14,064 nt of DNA. Origin: Candidatus Latescibacterota bacterium. Its GTDB lineage: Bacteria; Latescibacterota; UBA2968; UBA8231. Of the stretch, positions 1 to 8,708 are shown piece after piece. A program made the position numbers and the translations under genes. Under the pieces are notes generated by a model. It saw nothing but the letters and a program-made list of their open reading frames with translations, searched no databases and was not told where the DNA came from. The DNA lies in the NCBI GenBank assembly GCA_965205655.1, contig CBDBIJ010000070.1:1-14064 (forward strand). The letters run 5' to 3'. Position 1 is the stretch's first letter. Each line of letters opens with the position of its first letter.

Positions 1-348
1 ACTCTATCCCACAGACTGCTCGCCACAGAGTTCGTCAGCATGGTTCGCGAACTCAGTGCTCTTGCCGCAAAAAAAGGCATTCCCCTGATCGATTTTGGTC
101 CCTATCACGTCCAGACGTGGTGTCAGGGCAGCCTAGAGGAGGCCGTCGAACTGGTGATGACGTCGCCCCTGGCCAGTAGCGAAACGACCCATTCCGCTCT
201 CCAGGATATACAGAAAGGCAATCCTACTGAATTCAGCGCCTGTGTAGGCCCCATGATTGAGGACGCCGGGATAAATTCTGTTCCCGTTGCGGCTGTACAG
301 GTGATGTATTCCACACTCATGGGGTTGGAGAAATCCCTGGGACATTGA
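1..348 (+). CDS. Ketopantoate reductase (PanE/ApbA)-family protein, C-terminal part; 5' end outside the window
   Basis: Frame 1 is open from base 1 (TLSHRLLATEFVSMVREL...). SALQDIQKGNPTEFSACVG...VPVAAVQVMYSTLMGLE resembles the ApbA C-terminal motif SMxQDxxxGRxTEIDxxNG...GVPxP. Confidence 0.65.
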   Translation, partial: TLSHRLLATEFVSMVRELSALAAKKGIPLIDFGPYHVQTWCQGSLEEAVELVMTSPLASSETTHSALQDIQKGNPTEFSACVGPMIEDAGINSVPVAAVQVMYSTLMGLEKSLGH

Positions 349-374
349 CCATCACCCTTTGAAAGGACAATGAG

Positions 375-1187
375 ATGGCGGTACTAGCCGGCAAGACCGC
401 ATTGGTAACAGGAGCATCAAAGGGAATCGGCAGCGCCACGGCAATCGCTCTCGCCGAGGCGGGAGCTGATGTTGCCATCAACTACAGTCGGTCCGACGAC
501 GCGGCCGCAGAAGTGGCGGAAGAATGTCGCCACCATGGGGTGCGGGTCCGTCTCGCGCGCGCCGATGTCGCCGACAAGGGGGAAGTCGATCGCATTGTCA
601 GCGAGACGATTGACGAGTTTGGCCACCTCGACATTGTCGTCTCCAATGCCGCCTACAGCGATCGGGAACTGTTCTATCGGGCCAGCCTCGAGGGATTTCG
701 GCGTACCATAGACGTCAGCATGTGGGGTGCCTTCTACCTGGTGCGGGCCGCAGCGAATCATATGGTTGACCGCGGGAAGGGGGGAAACATCGTGGTCGTG
801 AGCTCACCCCACGCCAACATGGCTGTGCCGGGGTCCATGGCCTACAACATGGCCAAGGCGGCCATAGATCACATGGCGCGCACCGCCGCTGTCGAGCTCT
901 GCAGCCACCGGATACGGGTCAATGTCGTCCACCCCGGTTGGATCGACACACCGGGCGAGCGCAAGTTCTTCTCCGATGAAACCATAGCAGAAGAAGGCGC
1001 TAAACTGCCGTGGGGCCGACTTGGGCACCCCGAGGAGATAGGGCGGGGCATCGTGTTCCTCTGCGATCCGGCCAGTGCATACATAACCGGAAGCACGCTC
1101 ACCATCGACGGCGGCATCCAGCTGCCGTTCAGTCAGATGTACCGGCTGGAAAGTGCTGAGGCCCAGCGCGAGCAGCTGGAAAAGTAG
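375..1187 (+). CDS. Classical short-chain dehydrogenase/reductase (FabG/glucose 1-dehydrogenase-like), 270 aa
   Basis: TGASKGIG Rossmann motif, VSNAA (NNAG equivalent), catalytic YNMAK, VHPGWIDT and ITGSTLTIDGG; RBS AAAGGA at 362-367. Confidence 0.93.
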   Translation: MAVLAGKTALVTGASKGIGSATAIALAEAGADVAINYSRSDDAAAEVAEECRHHGVRVRLARADVADKGEVDRIVSETIDEFGHLDIVVSNAAYSDRELFYRASLEGFRRTIDVSMWGAFYLVRAAANHMVDRGKGGNIVVVSSPHANMAVPGSMAYNMAKAAIDHMARTAAVELCSHRIRVNVVHPGWIDTPGERKFFSDETIAEEGAKLPWGRLGHPEEIGRGIVFLCDPASAYITGSTLTIDGGIQLPFSQMYRLESAEAQREQLEK

Positions 1188-1195
1188 CATCGCAA

Positions 1196-1219
1196 ACGCG
1201 CGCCTGAGAGGCGCTGCGT
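1196..1219 (+). other. GC-rich intergenic hairpin without U-tract (possible pause or mRNA-stability element)
   Basis: ACGC-GCGCCT-gag-AGGCGC-t-GCGT forms a 10-bp stem with a 1-nt bulge, just after the SDR stop codon. Confidence 0.3.
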
Positions 1220-1254
1220 CCGGATAGTTGCTCTCGAATCTACGGAGGGTTAAA

Positions 1255-2025
1255 ATGGACGATTATACGCGATACAAAGATGCTTACGACCGAGACGGGT
1301 TCGTCCTCGTACGCGACTTCCTGCCGCAAGATGAATTCGAGATCCTGGCCGAGAACATCGATCGCTACATCCGTGACGTCGCGCCGACGTTGCCGGACAG
1401 CGCCGCCTTCTATCAGGACAAGTCGAGGCCCGAAACCTTGAAACAGATGCAAGATATGGCCGGCCACGATCCGTTCTTTGAGGACTACCGGAGCCACCCC
1501 CGCTGGAATACGCTCGCCACCACCCTCGTCGGCGAGACCGTAGAGGCTGGTAGGCCTGAATGGTTCAACAAACCGCCTTCGACCGAACATCCCACGCCGC
1601 CTCATCAGGACAACTACTACTTCAATCTCACACCGCACAACGTCGGCTCGGTGTGGATGGCCATCGACCCCGTCGACGAGGAGAATGGATGCCTTCGCTA
1701 CATCCCCGGATCGCATCTCAAGGGCCTGCGACCGCACGACCAGACGTCTCTTCTCGGCTTTTCTCAGGGCATCGCGGATTACGGTGCGGACGATGAGGAA
1801 TTGGAGGTCGCTGTCCACCTTCGGCGCGGCGATGCGGTGGTCCACCACTGTGAAGTCATTCACCGCGCCGACCCGAACCGTTCGACGAAACGACATCGCC
1901 GGGCCGCCGCGATGGTCTTCAACGGAATCAGTTGCAGGATCGACGAGGAGAGACAGCTGAGGTATAAGCAGTCCCAGGAGAGCCAGCACCAGAAAATGGG
2001 CCTGAGCATCTCGGAGAAGGGCTGA
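1255..2025 (+). CDS. Phytanoyl-CoA dioxygenase (PhyH)-family Fe(II)/2-oxoglutarate dioxygenase
   Basis: YDRDGFVLVRDFL, FNKPP, TPPHQD (HxD), WMAID, ENGCLRYIPGSH, distal His in HRADPNRS and RRA. The ATG at 1255 follows GGAGG, so it is preferred over the track's TTG at 1228. Confidence 0.92.
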   Translation: MDDYTRYKDAYDRDGFVLVRDFLPQDEFEILAENIDRYIRDVAPTLPDSAAFYQDKSRPETLKQMQDMAGHDPFFEDYRSHPRWNTLATTLVGETVEAGRPEWFNKPPSTEHPTPPHQDNYYFNLTPHNVGSVWMAIDPVDEENGCLRYIPGSHLKGLRPHDQTSLLGFSQGIADYGADDEELEVAVHLRRGDAVVHHCEVIHRADPNRSTKRHRRAAAMVFNGISCRIDEERQLRYKQSQESQHQKMGLSISEKG

Positions 2026-2034
2026 ACGGCGCCG

Positions 2035-3597
2035 GTGTCGACGTTGTCCATCCCGAACCGCTTCCGCATGCTTCGTCCTCCTGCCTACGGAATCATCTAC
2101 AACTGGGATGGTGCCCCACACGGCTATTCAGAAGTCCCCCAATCACTCGAAGCCTTCCTGGACAAGACCTACGCCCCGCTGATCGACACTCAAGTGGGCG
2201 CGCTGTTCTGGTGCATCGGCGAGCACGCCACACGATGGCCGACTGATGACCTCGAGATAGTGGGCGATGTACACGGCCGGCGCTACGAGAGCGCTCACAG
2301 GTACATCCACACCGAGAACATCCGCCACATGCTCGACCGGGGAGAGGATCCTCAGAAGGCCCTGATCGACCGGGGTCGCGAGCTCGGAATCGACGTCTAT
2401 GCCTCCGTGCGGATGAACGACAATCATTTCAACGGAGCGCAGCCCGAGGACCTCGCGGATCTTCACGACACGGAGCTGACGCAACTCAGAATCGACCATC
2501 CCGATTGGCTGCTGGGCGACCGAACATCCGAATGGTTCGCTCTATCCTGGGACCTGTCCGTGCCCGAAGTTAGAGAGCATCGGCTCGCACATGTCCGTGA
2601 ACTGTGTACGAAATATGACTGGGACGGGGTCGAGCTCGACTGGCAACGGCACGCCTTCCACCTGCCTGACGATGAAGCCTACCGGCTTCGCTACGTCCTC
2701 ACCGATCTCCAGCGGGCTATTCGCACAATGACGGACGAGATCGGCCAGCAGCGGGGCCGTCCCTTCTTCGTCGCCGCACGCGTCTCGGGGAGTCTCGAGA
2801 GGTGCCGGCAGATCGGCTACGACATTCCCGCCTGGATCGAAGAGAAGCTGGTCGATGTCCTCATCCCCGCCGCCAACGCCGCGACCGATCCCGCGATCGA
2901 GGTCGAAGCCTTCCAGAATCTCTGCGGCGACTCGGACATCGCGCTCTATCCAGGATTCGACGGCGGTCTGCCAGGCACACCGGTGGGACCGGAAGACAGC
3001 GAGACGAAGGACCGCATGCGGACACGAGCCATCGCCAGCCGCTATCACCGGGGGGGCGCCGACGGCATCTACGTCTTCAACTGGCACGCAGATGCTCACT
3101 CACGTCGCGAACTGCTGACGCAAATCGGTTCGGAGAAAACGCTGCGAGGGGCGGACAAGATTTATGCCGCTACCCATCGCGTCATCGTCGAACAAGGCGA
3201 TTGGCGGGGCGCATATCGAGGGGATCGCCTGCACGGCGAAGTCCCCGTTCCGCTCAAGCCAACGTTGACCGGCAACGGTCCAACGATCGTTCTCGAAGTA
3301 TCGGACGAAGACCCATCGTCGGCAGAGCTGCGCATACGGCTTCAGGAATGGGTGAAGGGCGACAATGTCGAAATCTGCTGGGACGGGAGGCGGATGGACA
3401 ATCCCGACGTTCACTACTGTCGTTTCCAGGACCCCCACGGCCCCAGCGAGGTGAGTAGCGCTGTCTGGCTGCGATTTCAGTTGGCTGAATGCGCTGCGGG
3501 GCCACACGAAGTCAAGGTTGCGCTCGTCAAACGGCATCCTCAGCTTGCGTGTGACTTGGTTCTCACCGACGCGGAACTCGTCATCAGACACAACTGA
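2035..3597 (+). CDS. Glycosyl hydrolase-like family 10 (GHL10/DUF187-type) TIM-barrel protein with C-terminal beta-sandwich
   Basis: YNWDG, ASVRMND, WDLSVPEVR, YDWDGVELDWQR and GADGIYVFNW motifs; no signal peptide. Start is uncertain (GTG 2035 or ATG 2068). Confidence 0.75.
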   Translation: MSTLSIPNRFRMLRPPAYGIIYNWDGAPHGYSEVPQSLEAFLDKTYAPLIDTQVGALFWCIGEHATRWPTDDLEIVGDVHGRRYESAHRYIHTENIRHMLDRGEDPQKALIDRGRELGIDVYASVRMNDNHFNGAQPEDLADLHDTELTQLRIDHPDWLLGDRTSEWFALSWDLSVPEVREHRLAHVRELCTKYDWDGVELDWQRHAFHLPDDEAYRLRYVLTDLQRAIRTMTDEIGQQRGRPFFVAARVSGSLERCRQIGYDIPAWIEEKLVDVLIPAANAATDPAIEVEAFQNLCGDSDIALYPGFDGGLPGTPVGPEDSETKDRMRTRAIASRYHRGGADGIYVFNWHADAHSRRELLTQIGSEKTLRGADKIYAATHRVIVEQGDWRGAYRGDRLHGEVPVPLKPTLTGNGPTIVLEVSDEDPSSAELRIRLQEWVKGDNVEICWDGRRMDNPDVHYCRFQDPHGPSEVSSAVWLRFQLAECAAGPHEVKVALVKRHPQLACDLVLTDAELVIRHN

Positions 3598-3678
3598 ATC
3601 GACCCCACGCCTCAGCGTCGTCGCCGTGGACAACCACCGCCCTCCGTCCGGATTGTTCGCCTTGCGAGGAGAAATCTG

Positions 3679-4818
3679 ATGAAGATTGTTGACATAAAGA
3701 CGATTCCCGTCGGCCGCTACTTGTTCGTGCAGGTCATCACCGACGAATGGATTACTGGTGTGGGAGAATCGGGAGCGTGGGGCTATCTCGAAGCATCCGA
3801 GAAGGCCGTCGAGACCTTCAAGCGTTATCTGATTGGACAGGACCCGCGTCGAATTGAGCATCACTGGCAATATCTCTATCGATGGAGTCATTTTCGAGGC
3901 GCGGCAATCATGGGTGCACTTTCTGCGATAGACATTGCGCTCTGGGATATTCTGGGCAAGCACCTGGGCGTGCCGTGCTATCAGCTTTTGGGCGGAAAAT
4001 GCCGCGATAGAGCCAGGGTGTATTGCCACGTTTACGGCCAGACAAAACAAGAGCTGGTTCAGGGGTGTATCGATGCCAAGCAGAAAGGATTCAATGCCGT
4101 CGGACATCTCACGCCCTTCCTCGACGAATCGCGGGACGTCCCGTACTTCAAAGCCCATGCGGAAAAGATGCGAGATGCCATCGACACCGTGCGACAGTAC
4201 CGCGAAGCGGTTGGAAACGAAGTCGATCTTTGCATCGAAATCCATCGGCGGCTGACACCGTCAGAGGCGATCGTGCTGGCGAGAGGCATCGAGGCGTACC
4301 ACCCGTTTTTTTACGAAGACCCGACGCTTCCCGATAACCTCGACGCGATGGCCCAGATTGCCGAGAAGATCCATATCCCGATTGCGACGGGGGAACGCAT
4401 CCACACGATTTACGAGTTCGAGATGCTGCTGCAAAGAGGGGCTGTCAACTTTATCAGACCGGATGTCTGCATGTGCGGCGGACTGACTCACGCGAAAAAG
4501 ATCGCCGCCTTGGCCGAGGCACATTACGTTCAGGTCGTGCCACACAATCCACTCAGCCCGGTCAGCACAGCGGCTTGCATCCAACTGGCGGCGTGTATCC
4601 CCAACTTTGCGATTCAGGAATATCCGACGGGAGAAGGCGAACCGCCGAAGAGCGAAATCGTCACCTCCTCTCTCAAGTGTGAAGACGGGTTCCTGATCGT
4701 CCCGGACACACCGGGAATCGGGATTGAATTGGCCCCGGATGCGCAGCAGCGGCACCCGTACACACCGCGCGCTGTGGAAACGCGGCTCCACCTGGATGGA
4801 TCGGTCGTCGATGAGTAA
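3679..4818 (+). CDS. Mandelate racemase/enolase-superfamily acid-sugar dehydratase, D-galactonate dehydratase (DgoD)-like
   Basis: ITGVGE, IGQDPRRIEHHWQ, ALSAIDIALWDILGK, YQLLGG, EIH, YEDP, ATGER, PHNP, IQE and PGIGIE; RBS GAGGAG upstream. Confidence 0.9.
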   Translation: MKIVDIKTIPVGRYLFVQVITDEWITGVGESGAWGYLEASEKAVETFKRYLIGQDPRRIEHHWQYLYRWSHFRGAAIMGALSAIDIALWDILGKHLGVPCYQLLGGKCRDRARVYCHVYGQTKQELVQGCIDAKQKGFNAVGHLTPFLDESRDVPYFKAHAEKMRDAIDTVRQYREAVGNEVDLCIEIHRRLTPSEAIVLARGIEAYHPFFYEDPTLPDNLDAMAQIAEKIHIPIATGERIHTIYEFEMLLQRGAVNFIRPDVCMCGGLTHAKKIAALAEAHYVQVVPHNPLSPVSTAACIQLAACIPNFAIQEYPTGEGEPPKSEIVTSSLKCEDGFLIVPDTPGIGIELAPDAQQRHPYTPRAVETRLHLDGSVVDE

Positions 4819-6077
4819 AACAAAGTCGGACACACAACCCATTCGGCTCGCTCTCATCGGCTGCGGTGGCATGGGACTGAGGCACGTCTACGGCTTGATT
4901 GAACTCAAGCGGTGCGGCTTCGATACCGTCAATCTGGTCGCCGTCTGCGACCTCAACGCCGAGCATGCCGCCCATGTCGCAACTGTGGCTCAAAGCGAAT
5001 TGGGCAATTCGCCGAATATTTACTCCGATCTGACGCAACTTTTGGAATCCGAACAGAATCTCGACGCCATTGGCCTCGTCACCGACCCGATTTCCCATCA
5101 CAGTTTGGCGTGCATGGCATTTGAAGCCGGCGTCCACGTCATGGTCGAAAAACCGCTGGGCGTCACCGTGCGGGCGTGTCACGTGATGATCGATAGCGCC
5201 AGCCGCAACGGCTGCAAGCTGGCGGTCGCTGAAAACTATCGCCGCGACCCGATGAATCGTCTGGTGAAGGCGGTGCTTGACGCGGAAATCATCGGTGAGC
5301 CGTACCTGGTTTTTCACAACCACATCACAGGTGGCGGCTCAATCATGAGTGGTACACTGTGGCGACATCAGAAGCGACGCGGCGGGTATCTGATTGAAAT
5401 GGGCGTCCACTACGGCGATATGCTGACGTATCTGCTTGGCGATATCCAGCAGGTCTACGCGGCGACGGCCATTTTTGAGGCACACCGGGAAACGAAAGGG
5501 ACATCCCCGTTCTATCAGCATCGACTCAAGAACGAGCCGACGTCGATGCAGCCCGACGCCGAAGATACTGCCGCAGCAACGCTGATTCTTGCAAACGGCG
5601 CATACGGGCAGTTTACGCTCCAGCATGGCGGGACACGGACGTGGAATGCTAAAGCGCCAAATTTTCGGGGCGAATGGAAGCATCGACGCCCCTGGTGATC
5701 GCTCCGGAAATCCAATTCGTTTAAAGTTGGATGATGGCGACGAGTTGGTCGGTGACTCCGTCCTCGACCTCGTGCCCGACTTCCGCTTGGACACTATCAA
5801 TCAATGACTTTTCGGCTTCGACCGAGCGGGAAGCTATGACGTGCCGTATGATGCGACCGACCAGAAACTCCTCGCCCACGAATATCAAGACTTCGCCGAA
5901 GCGATTCGCAACGATAGGCAGCCGGAAGTCGATGGCCAGGGTGGATTGACTGCCACCGCGTTTGCCTATGCGCTCTGTGAGTCAGGGTATCTTGGCAGGC
6001 CGGTAGCTCTCAGCGCGGTTGCAGCCGACGAGGTTAACGCCTATCAAGCCGACATCAATGAAAACGCCGGATTGTGA
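4811..6077 (+). pseudogene. Gfo/Idh/MocA-family oxidoreductase with a +1 frameshift and an in-frame stop (~421 aa if repaired)
   Basis: The ATG at 4811 overlaps the upstream stop. Motifs LIGCGGMG, VEKPL, AENYRRDP and EMGVHYGD are present. Removing one G at 5627/5628 joins QFTLQH to AGHGRG...IFGANGSI. TGA 5805-5807 is followed in the same frame by LFGFDR...EYQDFAEAI...PEVDG...ALCES to the stop at 6077. Confidence 0.85.
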
Positions 6078-6155
6078 GTTTTCCCGCCTGCAAACTGGTT
6101 GTCGGATTGCATCGGCGCATCGGCGACCGCGGGCGAGAAGTTGCGGGAACCGCTT

Positions 6156-7400
6156 CTAGCAAGAGCGATCGACCAAATCCGTGCCGCAACCGGGAGCCGT
6201 GGGGGTCACGTAAGCGCCATTCTCGATAGTCGCGGGTTCGACGAAGTGCTCGCGCAGGTGGGGAATGTGCTCCAGAAACAGCCGTTCGTGCCCCAGCGCT
6301 ATGTGATTGAACAGGACGAGGTGCCGGTGAATCTGTCCCATGTCGCCCACGTGAGGAATGACCTTCACCGGAAACTTGGTGGCCATCAGCACGACGGACA
6401 GGAATTCGCTGATACCCGCCAGACGAGTGCAGTCCGCCTGCACGATGCCGACCGCCCCGGCGCGTAGAAAGTTCTTCCACAACACGCGATTGGAAACGCA
6501 TTCGCCGACCGCCACTGGGATGGGCGCGATCACAGCCGCCAGGTCGCGGTGTGCCAGCACATCGTCCGGCTGAGTTGGCTCTTCAATCCAATAGGGGTCC
6601 AGCGGCGCCAGCTTTTGGCAGATGTCGATGGCCTGCTGCAGCGACCAGGCCTGATTGGCGTCCAACATGATCCGCACGTCGGGCCCCACAGCCTCGCGGA
6701 CGAGCGTCACGCGGCGCACGTCGCGGTCTGGGCTGGCCGAGCCGACCTTCAGCTTCATCGCTCGAAAGCCGGCATCCACGGCGCGCCGCGCGCGCTCACG
6801 AATCTGCTCGTCGCTGTATTGGAACCAGCCTACCGAGGTGTCATAACCCGGATAGCCTTGCGCCAGCACATCCTCCCGCTCACGCCGTGTGGCAAACTGC
6901 TGGCGGAGAATCTCGAGTGCCTCGTCTCGCGGAAGCACCTCGTCCAGGTAGCTGAAGTCGATCAGGCTGACAATCTGTTCCGGCGTCAATTCCAGCAGCA
7001 ACTGCCACAGCGGCTGGCCGCGCTGTTTGGCCCACAGGTCGAAGCAGGCATTGATCATTGAGGCCAAAGCGAGATGGATGACTCCTTTGTGAGGCCCGAG
7101 CCAGCGCAGGCGATGGTGCTCGGCGATCGACTGCTGGACCGAGCCAAAATCGCTCATCAGCTCCTCGATGTCCCGTCCGACAAGCGGCTCGGCCAACTGG
7201 TCAATGGCCCCGCACACGAGGTCGGTCCCGGCACCCAGCGTGTAGGCCAGCCCGATGCCGCGCAGCCCGCTGTCCGATTCCAGCCGGGTGACTGCGTATC
7301 CGTACTGAGGGTCGACATGCACGGCGTCCGACCCGGCTCCATCCCCCAGGTCAAAACGTGCATCGACCGCCGTGACCGCGCGAATGTGCGTCATCGTCAT
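6156..7400 (-). CDS. fucD: L-fuconate dehydratase / ENOSF1 (rTS-beta)-like enolase-superfamily enzyme
   Basis: GSDAVHVDPQY, LRWLGPHKGVIHLA, NACFDLWAK, PLWQLL, IDFSYL, KLKVG, MLDANQ, WIEEP, VGEC, PH and HLREHF. ATG 7394 fits the GAAGGA RBS better than 7400. Substrate is not proven. Confidence 0.85.
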   Translation of the reverse strand: MTMTHIRAVTAVDARFDLGDGAGSDAVHVDPQYGYAVTRLESDSGLRGIGLAYTLGAGTDLVCGAIDQLAEPLVGRDIEELMSDFGSVQQSIAEHHRLRWLGPHKGVIHLALASMINACFDLWAKQRGQPLWQLLLELTPEQIVSLIDFSYLDEVLPRDEALEILRQQFATRREREDVLAQGYPGYDTSVGWFQYSDEQIRERARRAVDAGFRAMKLKVGSASPDRDVRRVTLVREAVGPDVRIMLDANQAWSLQQAIDICQKLAPLDPYWIEEPTQPDDVLAHRDLAAVIAPIPVAVGECVSNRVLWKNFLRAGAVGIVQADCTRLAGISEFLSVVLMATKFPVKVIPHVGDMGQIHRHLVLFNHIALGHERLFLEHIPHLREHFVEPATIENGAYVTPTAPGCGTDLVDRSC

Positions 7401-7555
7401 CCTTCATTGCAGTAAGCGATTCAGAGAGTAGGTCCGCGACGAAGCTGTTCGAGCGAGGTGCGGTGATAACCTCCTCAGATTCGTCAAAACCTACACGCCT
7501 GGCAAGCGAACGCGCGTTCATTGCGCCGAACACCGATCACGCGGAAAACATCCAC

Positions 7556-7584
7556 TCGACACGGCCCGATAGTCAACTGATACT
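7556..7584 (+). promoter_or_regulatory. Putative sigma70-type promoter for the sORF-AKR-propeller-PhyH operon
   Basis: TCGACA (7556-7561), exactly 17 nt, then GATACT (7579-7584). Confidence 0.45.
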
Positions 7585-7626
7585 ACCGGTATCGCCCCAT
7601 CCTCGTGACCATCGCGGAGGTGCCGC

Positions 7627-7692
7627 ATGTCGCTTGTTGACGAGAAGCTGCTCAAGAAGGTCTGGACCCGCCTGGAGTCCCGGGGGTATTAG
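7627..7692 (+). CDS. Small ORF, 21 aa (MSLVDEKLLKKVWTRLESRGY), function unknown
   Basis: GGAGGT at 7616-7621, 5 nt before the ATG; G/C-ending codons like neighbouring genes; TAG ends 4 nt before the AKR ATG. Confidence 0.55.
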   Translation: MSLVDEKLLKKVWTRLESRGY

Positions 7693-7696
7693 CGAC

Positions 7697-8686
7697 ATGG
7701 CGAATCTGGGCAAGAGACCTCTGGGAAAAACGGGCATCATGGTGTCCGAGATCGGATTGGGATGCTGGGGGATCGGAGGCCCCGTGCAGCGGGACGGTGT
7801 CGTCTCCGGCTACGGTCGCGTCGACGACGCTGAATCCGTGGCCATGCTCCGGCGCGCCCCGGACCAGGGGGTCAATTTCCTCGACACCGCACCCTGGTAT
7901 GGCAACGGCCATTCCGAGCGCCTCGTGGGGGAGGCCATCCGGGGACGCCGGGAGGAGGTCATCCTGTGTTCCAAGGTTGGAATCGCCCTGGAGGACGAGG
8001 AACTCATCTGTAACTACAGCGGCGACTACATCATGGCCGGCTATCAGGACGCGCTGGAGCGCCTGGGGACGGATTACATCGACGTCTACGTGCTCCACTC
8101 CCCGGCGGTGGAGGAGTACGACCCATCGGGTCTGGCCGCTTTGAAGGAATTGAAGCGACGCGGAGTCATTCGCGCTTTCGGGATTTCCTTTCCCGCTTCC
8201 CACCAGGAGGGTGAGCAGTTCTATTTGCCCTTGTGCGAGCGGGAAGGGGTGGACGTGGTCCAGCTCCGGTTCAATCTCGTCTCCTGGGCTGCGCGGCGGA
8301 CCATCATGCCCGCCTTGCGTGCCCTCGGCATAGGGATCGTCTGTCGCGAACCGTTCTTCTTTGGTTACCTTACGGGCCGCTTCGATCGGGACACCGTCTT
8401 CGACTCCGAATCGGATGCGCGCTCCACCTGGCCGCGGCAGCGACACCTGGAGCTGGTGGAGGCGGCTGAGCGTTTTGAGTTCGTTCATGAGAGTTTGCAG
8501 TGTTCACCTGCGCAGGCCGCTCTGTGCTACTGTTTGAGCGCGCCAGAAGTGTCCACCACCCTCCCGGGTTCGATGACCACCGTCGAGTTGGAGGAGAATC
8601 TTCACGCGGCTCGCCTGGTCTTCGACTCCGAGTCCATTCACCTGATCCATGAGACTCAGGAGGGGGCGCTGGGGGACGAGCTGTGA
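7697..8686 (+). CDS. Aldo/keto reductase, 329 aa
   Basis: RPLGKTGIMVSEIGLGCW; catalytic tetrad in LDTA (D), WYG (Y), CSKVG (K) and LHSP (H); also RLGTDYID. Similarity starts at ATG 7697, not at the track's 7463. Confidence 0.93.
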   Translation: MANLGKRPLGKTGIMVSEIGLGCWGIGGPVQRDGVVSGYGRVDDAESVAMLRRAPDQGVNFLDTAPWYGNGHSERLVGEAIRGRREEVILCSKVGIALEDEELICNYSGDYIMAGYQDALERLGTDYIDVYVLHSPAVEEYDPSGLAALKELKRRGVIRAFGISFPASHQEGEQFYLPLCEREGVDVVQLRFNLVSWAARRTIMPALRALGIGIVCREPFFFGYLTGRFDRDTVFDSESDARSTWPRQRHLELVEAAERFEFVHESLQCSPAQAALCYCLSAPEVSTTLPGSMTTVELEENLHAARLVFDSESIHLIHETQEGALGDEL

Positions 8687-8708
8687 CGTGGAATATTGGA
8701 GGTAGGCG

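Noticed and set aside
3748..3750. Trp (TGG) where the family usually has Gly in TDEG
   Set aside because: A single possible missense change or base-call error; not interpretable without reads or alignments.
5805..5807. In-frame TGA as selenocysteine or Trp recoding
   Set aside because: It is not at a recognisable catalytic Cys, the gene also has a frameshift, TGA is the normal stop of many genes here, and CGA>TGA is simpler.
6078..6155. Bidirectional terminator between the convergent genes (TTCCCGC...GCGGGAA)
   Set aside because: The arms are about 55 nt apart with no compact stem or flanking U-tracts.
7351..7533. 60-aa minus-strand ORF and the AGGAGGT sequence near 7469-7475
   Set aside because: No start codon at a suitable distance from the SD-like sequence; the ORF overlaps the fucD start and has no recognisable features.
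7463..7696. 78-aa N-terminal extension of the AKR given by the ORF track
   Set aside because: No AKR-like sequence before Met 7697, and the stretch contains the promoter and the small ORF in another frame.
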